From an uncultured virus (IMG/VR IMGVR_UViG_3300025853_007458) (Duplodnaviria; Heunggongvirae; Uroviricota; Caudoviricetes): a stretch of DNA of 20,000 bases. The notes beneath the pieces were generated by a model. The model was not told the origin of the DNA. It did no database searches and worked only from the letters and a program-made list of their open reading frames with translations. The stretch lies in the IMG/VR virus record IMGVR_UViG_3300025853_007458. The stretch is one strand, 5' to 3'. Shown piece after piece: positions 8,476 through 15,576 of this stretch (the stretch's first letter is position 1; every line of letters begins with the position of its first letter). Both the position numbers and the translations under genes were made by a program.

Positions 8476-9033
8476 ATGTCTTTATGGGGAAACGATATAA
8501 AGCCTAAAAATCTTACAGACGAAGAAAAAAAAGAAGTCTATGCAACCGCTCAAGGTTGGGTAAGAGAAGCAGGCTCAGTATTATCAGGTAATGATAATCC
8601 AAATGCAGATCCAGAAGTATTAGTAGCAATCGGCGGATTAGCTACAAATATGGGTTCAGCAAATATTACTGAAATAGAATTTGTAACAACATCAATCGGT
8701 GCAGGTGCTGGTGGAAACATTGACGTTAGAGTAAGATTTAACGAAAGAGTTGACATTACAGGAACTCCACAAGTAACAGTAACTAACGACCAAACAGGTA
8801 GTGGTACTGATGCTACATTTACAGCAGATTATAATTCTGGTACAGGATCAAACGAAATTGTATTCAGAGCAACTTATGCAGCTGCAGATGGTGGTATTGC
8901 TGAGAATGATGTATTATCAATTGGATCTAATGCAGTGGCACTTAACGGTGGTACTATTAAAGATGCTGGTACAACAACAAACTCTACAATTACAAACGCT
9001 GCTCAAACAGGTACATTAACTGTTTCAGCATAA
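8476..9033 (+). CDS. Probable virion structural protein with an Ig-like beta-sandwich C-terminus
   Basis: Lies behind a late promoter. MSLWG...GWV...PEVLVAIGGL N-terminus and a Thr/Gly-rich VRFNERVDITGTPQV...YNSGTGSNEIVF region. Confidence 0.65.
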   Translation: MSLWGNDIKPKNLTDEEKKEVYATAQGWVREAGSVLSGNDNPNADPEVLVAIGGLATNMGSANITEIEFVTTSIGAGAGGNIDVRVRFNERVDITGTPQVTVTNDQTGSGTDATFTADYNSGTGSNEIVFRATYAAADGGIAENDVLSIGSNAVALNGGTIKDAGTTTNSTITNAAQTGTLTVSA

Positions 9034-9043
9034 TAACAAAATC

Positions 9044-9072
9044 ATATAAGGGTGCTTAAAGTGCCCTTATAT
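9044..9072 (+). terminator. Stem-loop after the 8476-9033 gene, putative terminator or processing site
   Basis: ATATAAGGGTGC-TTAAA-GTGCCCTTATAT forms a 12-bp stem with two G-U pairs. There is no long U tract. Confidence 0.5.
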
Positions 9073-9092
9073 ATACTATATGAACAAATTGA

Positions 9093-9130
9093 TCTAGGCA
9101 AATACCTAGAGTAGCATTCCCGAAAGGGTT
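9093..9130 (+). promoter_or_regulatory. Two-hairpin structured 5' leader
   Basis: TCTAGG-CAAATA-CCTAGA (9093-9110), then CCC-GAAA-GGG (GNRA tetraloop, 9119-9128) just upstream of the AGGAG SD. Confidence 0.45.
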
Positions 9131-9144
9131 AACAGGAGAAAAAA

Positions 9145-9603
9145 ATGGCAGACAAAAAAATAACGGCATTGACCGATTTAGGTGACTCGTTGGCATCAGC
9201 TGACTTGTTTCACGTAGTGGATGACCCAGCAGGGACACCAATCAATAAAAAAATATCAGCAGAAAATGTGTTTAACAATATACCTTCTTGGTTAGGTTTA
9301 TCACAAGATTCACAATTAATAACTGCTGACGCTTCATCACAGGTTGCAAACGTAACTTCAGCAATAACTGAAATCAACGCTACTTCAGCAACTGGTGCAA
9401 TATCATTAGCAGATGGTTCTGATGGACAAATTAAGATTTTTATTAATACATCAACAAGTGGTACAAATGACGTAGTAATTCAACCAACTAACTTGCGTGG
9501 GGGTACTACTATTACTTTGAATGCTCAAGGTGAAACAGTTGTATGTATATTTAAAAATTCAAACTGGAATGTAATCGGCGGACATGGTTTCGCAATTGCG
9601 TAA
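9145..9603 (+). CDS. Probable virion structural/fibre-associated protein
   Basis: AGGAG SD. The MADKKITALTDL...DLFHVVD...NKKIS N-terminus is typical of phage fibre/structural proteins, and the C-terminus (LADGSDGQIKIFIN...WNVIG) is beta-rich. Confidence 0.65.
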   Translation: MADKKITALTDLGDSLASADLFHVVDDPAGTPINKKISAENVFNNIPSWLGLSQDSQLITADASSQVANVTSAITEINATSATGAISLADGSDGQIKIFINTSTSGTNDVVIQPTNLRGGTTITLNAQGETVVCIFKNSNWNVIGGHGFAIA

Positions 9604-9620
9604 TATATTAGGAGATTATT

Positions 9621-9935
9621 ATGGGAATAACAACACAAACGTTAATGAAAGAGAAATTTGCTCTTCAAAAAACGTTTAATGAATTGAACAATAGAATAAA
9701 GACTATTGAAAAAGATTTATCAGTAATGAAAGCAAATATGAGTGCTGTTCATGGTGCCTTACAACAAGTTGAAAAACTTATACAATATGATGACAACTAT
9801 GGTAAAAAAGAAGCAGAGATAATTCATAGTAGAGAAAAAAAAGTGCCACCACTTGAATCAGGCCCAGTTGAAAAACCTTCTTTAGATATAAAAACTAAGG
9901 AAGAACCTCAACAATTAAATGAGGGTGATAAATGA
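9621..9935 (+). CDS. Hypothetical coiled-coil protein
   Basis: AGGAG SD and a heptad pattern in the N-terminal half. Confidence 0.65.
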   Translation: MGITTQTLMKEKFALQKTFNELNNRIKTIEKDLSVMKANMSAVHGALQQVEKLIQYDDNYGKKEAEIIHSREKKVPPLESGPVEKPSLDIKTKEEPQQLNEGDK

Positions 9936-10099
9936 AAGAAGATAGGGATAGCTTTATAGAGGATCTTGCTGACAATACACCAAATGAAGCTCAGTTTGAT
10001 AAGTTAAAAGAAGCTGAAGTACATGACGCTGAAGAAGACCTGGTAGCAGGTAAAACTTATAAGAAATTAAAAGACGAAGTAAAACGAGGAGAAAAATGA
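9932..10099 (+). CDS. Small acidic hypothetical protein (55 aa, absent from the ORF track)
   Basis: MKEDRDSFIEDLADNTPNEAQFDKLKEAEVHDAEEDLVAGKTYKKLKDEVKRGEK*. It has a GAGGGTG SD and fills the gap exactly, overlapping both neighbours by 4 nt. Confidence 0.75.
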   Translation: MKEDRDSFIEDLADNTPNEAQFDKLKEAEVHDAEEDLVAGKTYKKLKDEVKRGEK

Positions 10100-10527
10100 A
10101 AACATTTAAACAACACATAAAAGAAGGCGGAACTATGGGCGTTGGAACACCTCATCAATCTTCAGTAGAAGATGGATCAATGGGTGCTCACAATATACAT
10201 GAACCTGCAATCTTACAAAGAGTGAATGCTTTTGTTGGATCTATTGCTGATAAAGAGTATATACAGCCTGAGGCTGCTCTATCTCAATTAGAAACTAGAT
10301 TAAGAACAATTGGTGTTCAGTTAAAAGACTCAATAACAATTAATGATAAAAAAGGTAACTTTGAAAGTGCTTTAGTATTTAATGGTGGTCGTTTTGGTAA
10401 AGATACCGACGGCTCTGACATAAATGATGATGGAATTAGTCATAAAGTTGGCAAAGAGTTAAAACTAAAAGGTAGATACGAAACACTAGAGAACGGCGCT
10501 GTTAAAGTTTATGCAGAGCTTGGCTAA
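10096..10527 (+). CDS. Hypothetical protein with capsid-targeting-like N-terminus
   Basis: GAGGAG SD. Starts MKTFKQHIKE and contains GGRFGKDTDGSDINDDGISH. Confidence 0.7.
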   Translation: MKTFKQHIKEGGTMGVGTPHQSSVEDGSMGAHNIHEPAILQRVNAFVGSIADKEYIQPEAALSQLETRLRTIGVQLKDSITINDKKGNFESALVFNGGRFGKDTDGSDINDDGISHKVGKELKLKGRYETLENGAVKVYAELG

Positions 10528-10889
10528 TGTTTGATAAGATAACAAAGAAGAATTGGTTATTTTACGCCATAAAAAACTACAATGTTCCTAATTTAGATAG
10601 TGAACAGGAGTTTTATGAAGATGTGAAAAGATTTAAGTATCTTAAACGTTTATTTCGTAAATACAAAACCACAGGTGAACTGAAAACTAGATTAGTATTA
10701 AATCATATCATAGTATTGACAAATGTTTTTGGTAATGAGGCTGCGGCTACATTATTATTATTTAAGATTGAAAGAGAGTATTGGTCTGTACTAAAAACTT
10801 TCTTACAATATTTAAATGTAGTAAGTGAAGACGAGTTGCCAAATGTGAAAGTAAATAAAACTTTGTTATCAAGTTTGGAGAAATTATAA
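10527..10889 (+). CDS. Conserved T4-like marine phage hypothetical protein
   Basis: EFYEDVKRFKYLKRLFRKY...RLVLNHIIVLTNVFG is a motif I recall from T4-like cyanophage/pelagiphage proteins. TAATG coupling on both sides. Confidence 0.7.
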   Translation: MFDKITKKNWLFYAIKNYNVPNLDSEQEFYEDVKRFKYLKRLFRKYKTTGELKTRLVLNHIIVLTNVFGNEAAATLLLFKIEREYWSVLKTFLQYLNVVSEDELPNVKVNKTLLSSLEKL

Positions 10890-11479
10890 TGGGAAGAGCA
10901 ATAGATTTATTAATAACTTATAGAGTAATTAAAATGTTAGTTACTCCTTGGAAACAACATGACGCTTATAAGTTGGGTATAATTGATGACAATGGTAAAG
11001 TATTAAGAAAAGCTAAAACTTTGAAATCAGCAAAAGAAAAAGATTCTTATACTATACTACACAGATTTGTATTCAATTTGAAAAGACTACTAGGGTTATT
11101 ACCTGGTGGTAAATCAAAGTTTGCCTCATACGCAACTGCTTTGGCACTATTGTTAAAAGAGAATAAAGATATTAACGCTGTAGAATTAGAAAGAGGTTTA
11201 TATAAACATCTTATTGAAAACGACTTGGTCGCTTATGATGATGATCTAAAAGAGTCTGTAGGTTTTGATTTTTTACCAGAAGGTAGATTTATAATGATTG
11301 ACAGATTAGAAGATTTAAATGGCGAACAAACTGCTGATGTAGGTGATGTAGTATATACAACTGAAAATCAGAAACCTTTTGATAATCTATTCGGCGTAAA
11401 CCTATATCATGTTATAAATGAAGATACTAAAAAACAAATTATAGTATCAGAGGACAACATAGAGAGGGTAAAATTTTAA
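10889..11479 (+). CDS. Conserved T4-like phage hypothetical protein
   Basis: GGAG SD. Contains YRVIKMLVTPW..DAYKLGIIDDNGKVL and HRFVFNLKRLL, plus LLKE, LIE and LKE sites. Confidence 0.7.
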   Translation: MGRAIDLLITYRVIKMLVTPWKQHDAYKLGIIDDNGKVLRKAKTLKSAKEKDSYTILHRFVFNLKRLLGLLPGGKSKFASYATALALLLKENKDINAVELERGLYKHLIENDLVAYDDDLKESVGFDFLPEGRFIMIDRLEDLNGEQTADVGDVVYTTENQKPFDNLFGVNLYHVINEDTKKQIIVSEDNIERVKF

Positions 11480-12081
11480 TGAAAACCTTTAAAGAAATAA
11501 GATCAATTATAAGAGAATTTTCTGATAGTCAAATAGACATGTTGGCAAGACAATATGCAGGACTAAAAGATAAAACAATCTCAACAGATCAAGCAAATAA
11601 ATTAAGAAAAATATTTGACAGAATACCTGATAGAGCGCTAGACGCTTTAAGAAGAAAAAAGATACCTTTTATATCTGGTATGGCATTATCACGTATGGTT
11701 AAAAAAGGTATGCCTGTAAAAGAAGACGCACCTGCTAATGCAGTAGGCAATGGATCAAATCTTGCAATGCCGCCAGCAGTAGAACCTGGTGTACACGTAA
11801 AGAAAAAGAAAAAAGATGTAACTAGCTTATTAAGACGTGAAGACTATGATAAAGTTGAACTAGAAAATTTAATTAATAAGATTGAGTCTAACCAAGACAT
11901 AGAAGAAAATCAAATTAAACCTATAGTAAACAATATCAAATCAAAAAAAGAAAAAGGTACATATACTGAAGAATTTGCTATGACAGCATTTAGATATGTT
12001 GTAGATAGACAAATAAAATCTACAGTTTCAGAGGATTTTAGAAACAAAGTTGCTTCAAAATTACTATCAAAGTACGTATGA
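11479..12081 (+). CDS. Modular hypothetical protein with capsid-targeting-like N-terminus
   Basis: Starts MKTFKEIRSIIRE. Internal VKE-DAPANAVG and LLRRE junctions. Confidence 0.7.
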   Translation: MKTFKEIRSIIREFSDSQIDMLARQYAGLKDKTISTDQANKLRKIFDRIPDRALDALRRKKIPFISGMALSRMVKKGMPVKEDAPANAVGNGSNLAMPPAVEPGVHVKKKKKDVTSLLRREDYDKVELENLINKIESNQDIEENQIKPIVNNIKSKKEKGTYTEEFAMTAFRYVVDRQIKSTVSEDFRNKVASKLLSKYV

Positions 12082-12293
12082 AAACTTATAAAGAATTAAG
12101 AGAGTATATGAGAGGGTTCGCTATAGGACCTGTTGACACATTAAAACCTATGGCATCCTTAGGCGGTTCTCAATCTTCTCCAGATAGAAGATACACAGCA
12201 CAATTGCCTCAATTAGCTGCAACAGCAAAAGGGCCAGGGTTAGGAACAATTAAACCTATGGTCACAGCAAGTAAAAAGAAAGAGAAGAAATAA
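12078..12293 (+). CDS. Small basic protein with capsid-targeting-like N-terminus
   Basis: Starts MKTYKELRE, ATGA overlap with the previous gene, Lys-rich tail. Confidence 0.65.
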   Translation: MKTYKELREYMRGFAIGPVDTLKPMASLGGSQSSPDRRYTAQLPQLAATAKGPGLGTIKPMVTASKKKEKK

Positions 12294-12294
12294 T

Positions 12295-12873
12295 ATGGAA
12301 TTATTAATCGCATTAGCAATGAAGTTTTGGCAATGGTCATTATTGATATTATTTGTAATAATAGGTTTTATTATAAACTTATTAGATAAAAGAAAAAGTA
12401 ACATAAAATTTAAATATGAAGAAATGCCTCAACTAAAACCTATACCAATTAAAACAAAAGGTAAAGGATTTTGGAAAGGTATTGCAATGTGGTTATTATC
12501 AACAAGAAATTGGGAACTAACAAAGAACTGGAGATATAATATAAATGGTGCCGAGTATGTAATACCAAAAGGTTTTCAATTTGATGGTGCAAGTATACCT
12601 AAATTTTTAAGAACATTTTTTTCACCAGTTGGCGTATTATTAATTGGTGGTCTCGTACACGATTATATGTACAAGTACACTGCTTGTAAACCAGCAGATA
12701 AATCAGGTTCACTTCTATTAGTTGATCAGAAAAAAGCAGATCAAATCTTTAGAGATATAAACATAGAAGTAAACGGTTTCTATTTTATGAACTATCTATC
12801 GTATTGGTCATTAAGAATAGGTGGCTTTGTTGCTTGGAATGGTCATAGAAAAAGAAACGAAACAATCAAATAA
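12295..12873 (+). CDS. DUF1353-like protein with N-terminal transmembrane segment
   Basis: IPKGFQFDGASIPK, GLVHDYMY, ADQIF and LRIGG match the DUF1353 pattern. Residues about 3-30 are hydrophobic. Confidence 0.75.
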   Translation: MELLIALAMKFWQWSLLILFVIIGFIINLLDKRKSNIKFKYEEMPQLKPIPIKTKGKGFWKGIAMWLLSTRNWELTKNWRYNINGAEYVIPKGFQFDGASIPKFLRTFFSPVGVLLIGGLVHDYMYKYTACKPADKSGSLLLVDQKKADQIFRDINIEVNGFYFMNYLSYWSLRIGGFVAWNGHRKRNETIK

Positions 12874-12892
12874 CATATAAGGAGTAAACTAT

Positions 12893-13051
12893 ATGAAATG
12901 GTTAAAAAGTAGAGTAAAAGAAGTATCATCATGGCATGGTGGTGCTTTAGTAGCAATGGGTTGCATTATATTATTTGCAGGACCTTTTGCTAAAATGGCT
13001 GCATGGGCGTCAATTGCTTGGGGTCTATGGGCGATTTGGAAAAAAGACTAA
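12893..13051 (+). CDS. Small two-TM membrane protein, holin candidate (52 aa, absent from the ORF track)
   Basis: Strong AAGGAG SD. MKWLKSRVKEVSSWHGGALVAMGCIILFAGPFAKMAAWASIAWGLWAIWKKD* lies immediately upstream of the spanins. Confidence 0.65.
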   Translation: MKWLKSRVKEVSSWHGGALVAMGCIILFAGPFAKMAAWASIAWGLWAIWKKD

Positions 13052-13057
13052 TCAACC

Positions 13058-13522
13058 ATGGGAATTAGATTATTTTTTATTGGAATATTCATCAGCGCTT
13101 TAATCGGCGCTGGTGGATACATTTTTAAGTTACAGAAAGACAACACTATACTTAAAGCAAATGCAGTTAAACTAGAGTCTGCTGTATCCGAACAAAAGAC
13201 ACTAATAGAAAATCAAAAGAAAGATTTTGCTGAAATATTAGAAGCAAACAAAAAGATAAACGAATTAGTTGGTAATCTCAAAAAAGATTTAGACGATTTA
13301 GACAAAAGATTTTCAAAGAAAGATAGAGATATTGGTAAACTGGCCATTGATAGAACAAAGGTCATAGAAAGAATTATAAACAAAGGCAGTGATAACGCTA
13401 CAAGATGTATAGAGATTGCTAGTGGATCACCATTAACTGAAAGTGAAAAGAATGCTACGAAGAAATCAGAAATCAATCCTGAATGTCCTTCTATTAGTAA
13501 TCCTAAGTATATTCCTTACTAA
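13058..13522 (+). CDS. Inner-membrane spanin (Rz-like)
   Basis: N-terminal TM helix, long coiled coil, two C-terminal Cys, and overlap with a downstream lipoprotein gene. Confidence 0.7.
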   Translation: MGIRLFFIGIFISALIGAGGYIFKLQKDNTILKANAVKLESAVSEQKTLIENQKKDFAEILEANKKINELVGNLKKDLDDLDKRFSKKDRDIGKLAIDRTKVIERIINKGSDNATRCIEIASGSPLTESEKNATKKSEINPECPSISNPKYIPY

Positions 13523-13829
13523 CTGCTCAGGCGTTAAGAAGTTAAGTATATTTAAGGAAGAAGTAAAAAGACAAGAGCTTCAATTAGAGAAGCCTACACC
13601 TTTACAGTTAGAAAAGATTAAATGGATAATCATAACATCTGAAAATGCTGATGAAGTATTTAAGAAGATGGAAGAACAAGGACTTGATCCTGTGTTATTT
13701 GGTCTTACAGATAACGATTATCAATTAATAGCAAAGAACTTTGCTCAAATAAGAAATCAATTAAAGATAACAAATGACTTACTTGATAAGTATAAAGAAT
13801 ACTATGAGTCAGATAAGGATAACAAATAA
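13452..13829 (+). CDS. Outer-membrane lipoprotein spanin (Rz1-like)
   Basis: MLRRNQKSILNVLLLVILSIFLTNC-SG is a signal peptide II with lipobox. It starts inside the i-spanin 3' end (ATG 13452 or GTG 13443), with a Pro-containing linker and C-terminal helix. Confidence 0.7.
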   Translation: MLRRNQKSILNVLLLVILSIFLTNCSGVKKLSIFKEEVKRQELQLEKPTPLQLEKIKWIIITSENADEVFKKMEEQGLDPVLFGLTDNDYQLIAKNFAQIRNQLKITNDLLDKYKEYYESDKDNK

Positions 13830-14506
13830 TGGCAACAGATACAAAAGCAGGAAGTAAAACTGAAAAAACTAAAAATTCAGCTTCAGCAACAACTGGCGCA
13901 AGTGCTAGTGCTGATACTTCAAAAAATTTAGGTAAAGGTACAACAGCAAATGCAGGTGCATATTCAGAAGCCGAAGCAGGTGCAGTTGCAGAAGCAAAAA
14001 AAGGAAACGCAAGTGCAAGTGTAGGTGCTCACGCTGAAGTTGGTGCATACTCTAATGTAGAGAATGAAACTAAAGTTGGTGGTGTCGGAGTTAAATCAGA
14101 AGCACATGCAGGTACAAAAGTATATTCAGATGTAGGAGTAGGTGGTTCAATAGGTACTAATGGTGCTGAAGGACACGCAGGTGCTATCGCTGGTTCTTGT
14201 GCTGAAGTAGGTGCAAGTACAACAATTGGCTCAGACAGAAACAATGCCTCAGTAGGTGCAAAAGTTTCAGTTGGTCCTCAGATTGGTGCAAAAGTAGGTG
14301 GCGGTGCAACAGTAGATGATGGTAAACTAACCGTAGGTGCAGATGTTAAATTAGCACTTGGTGTTGGTGTTACATTACAACCAAGTATTACCGTTGATAC
14401 AAGACCAGCGGCAAATGCCTGCAAGGCGGCTGGTAACGCAATCGCAGCTCCATTCAAAAAAATAAAAAAACCATCAAATCCCTTTAAGAAAAAGAAAAAG
14501 AAATAG
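13829..14506 (+). CDS. Gly/Ala/Val-rich low-complexity protein with basic termini
   Basis: AAGGA SD. Repeated GAxAEVGA-like strands and a KKKKKK C-terminus. Confidence 0.7.
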   Translation: MATDTKAGSKTEKTKNSASATTGASASADTSKNLGKGTTANAGAYSEAEAGAVAEAKKGNASASVGAHAEVGAYSNVENETKVGGVGVKSEAHAGTKVYSDVGVGGSIGTNGAEGHAGAIAGSCAEVGASTTIGSDRNNASVGAKVSVGPQIGAKVGGGATVDDGKLTVGADVKLALGVGVTLQPSITVDTRPAANACKAAGNAIAAPFKKIKKPSNPFKKKKKK

Positions 14507-14773
14507 ATGGCACACAAGATTGACGAAACAACAGAATTAAGAGTATCACTAAAAACATTAGCAGTAATTATTATTACTGTTGTTTCAGCAGCCGCATTTG
14601 TATTTCATTTAGAAGAAAGACTTGATATATTAGAACACAATACTATGATGAACAAGGTCCAATTTGAATCCTACAGAGAACAACCAAGTCGTAGTCACAC
14701 AGATGTGGAAGTAATGAAAACACAAATTGAACAATTAAAAAAAGAAATTGACGAGTTAAAATCATATAAATAA
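14507..14773 (+). CDS. Single-TM protein with coiled coil
   Basis: TLAVIIITVVSAAAFVF hydrophobic helix followed by heptads. Confidence 0.7.
   Translation: MAHKIDETTELRVSLKTLAVIIITVVSAAAFVFHLEERLDILEHNTMMNKVQFESYREQPSRSHTDVEVMKTQIEQLKKEIDELKSYK
14765..14772 (+). promoter_or_regulatory. T4-type late promoter TATAAATA
   Basis: Exact consensus overlapping the stop of the upstream gene, 16 nt before the ATG at 14789. The AAGGA SD lies just after the expected start site. Confidence 0.55.
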
Positions 14774-14788
14774 TAATAAAGGAAACAA

Positions 14789-15520
14789 ATGAAAAGACTA
14801 ATTACAGGTCTTTTATTATGTTTCGTTATGGGACTTACACAAGTTACTTGGGCTGACACGACCTCAACATCAACAGATACATTAACACAATCCAATAGTA
14901 GTGGTTCAAACACTTCTATTTCAGGTGGTTATTCGGCAGAAACTACAACGACCTACCAATCAGGTTCAAGTAGTAATAGCACAACTACAAACACTACTAA
15001 TGCCTATACAGGCGATCAAAGAGTAGTCAATTCATCATCAGCACCATCTATGTCAGCAATGTCGCAAGACCTTTGTACAGTAGGTATATCAGCAGGTGTA
15101 TCAACATTTGGTTTAGGTGTATCAGGTGGTACATATAGAACAGACGAGAATTGTGAAAGAATTAAACTATCTAAAGTATTAAACGATTTAGGTATGAAAG
15201 TGGCTGCTGTATCTATTCTGTGTCAGGACGAAAGAGTATTTTATGCTATGGAACAATCTGGAACACCTTGTCCTTTTGAAGGTAAAATTGGTAACGAAGC
15301 AAAAGAACAATGGAAGAAGTATGGTAAATTAAGACCAGACTTTGAACAATACACAGCAAGATTAAGTATTATTGAAAAGAAAAATAAAGAATTAAAAAAA
15401 GAGTACAATGAAAAACTAAAAGCAAATAAAGAGATCATTGAAAAACAACAAAGTGAATTAGAAAAAATTGAAGCTGAAAAAAAAAAGTTAATCAAAGAGA
15501 TAGAAAAAAAAAAGAAGTAA
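14789..15520 (+). CDS. Secreted Ser/Thr-rich protein with four-Cys domain and Lys/Glu coiled-coil tail; a -1 shift would extend it to 15573
   Basis: Signal peptide MKRLITGLLLCFVMGLTQVTWA, SQDLCTVG...DENCERIKLSK...LCQD...GTPCP domain, and an A10G run at 15504-15514. Confidence 0.75.
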   Translation: MKRLITGLLLCFVMGLTQVTWADTTSTSTDTLTQSNSSGSNTSISGGYSAETTTTYQSGSSSNSTTTNTTNAYTGDQRVVNSSSAPSMSAMSQDLCTVGISAGVSTFGLGVSGGTYRTDENCERIKLSKVLNDLGMKVAAVSILCQDERVFYAMEQSGTPCPFEGKIGNEAKEQWKKYGKLRPDFEQYTARLSIIEKKNKELKKEYNEKLKANKEIIEKQQSELEKIEAEKKKLIKEIEKKKK

Positions 15521-15576
15521 ATAAAAAATGGATATTGATACCCTTAACATTATTCTTTGGAGTGCCCTTATAATCT

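Noticed and set aside
8801..9019. Alternative-frame plus-strand ORFs (8801-9019 and 16706-16903)
   Set aside because: They are nested in longer genes without an SD, and their composition is typical of off-frame readings.
9081..9144. Known riboswitch (e.g. c-di-GMP-I) or tRNA
   Set aside because: A GAAA tetraloop is present, but the region is too short and lacks the conserved architecture. Kept only as an unknown structured leader.
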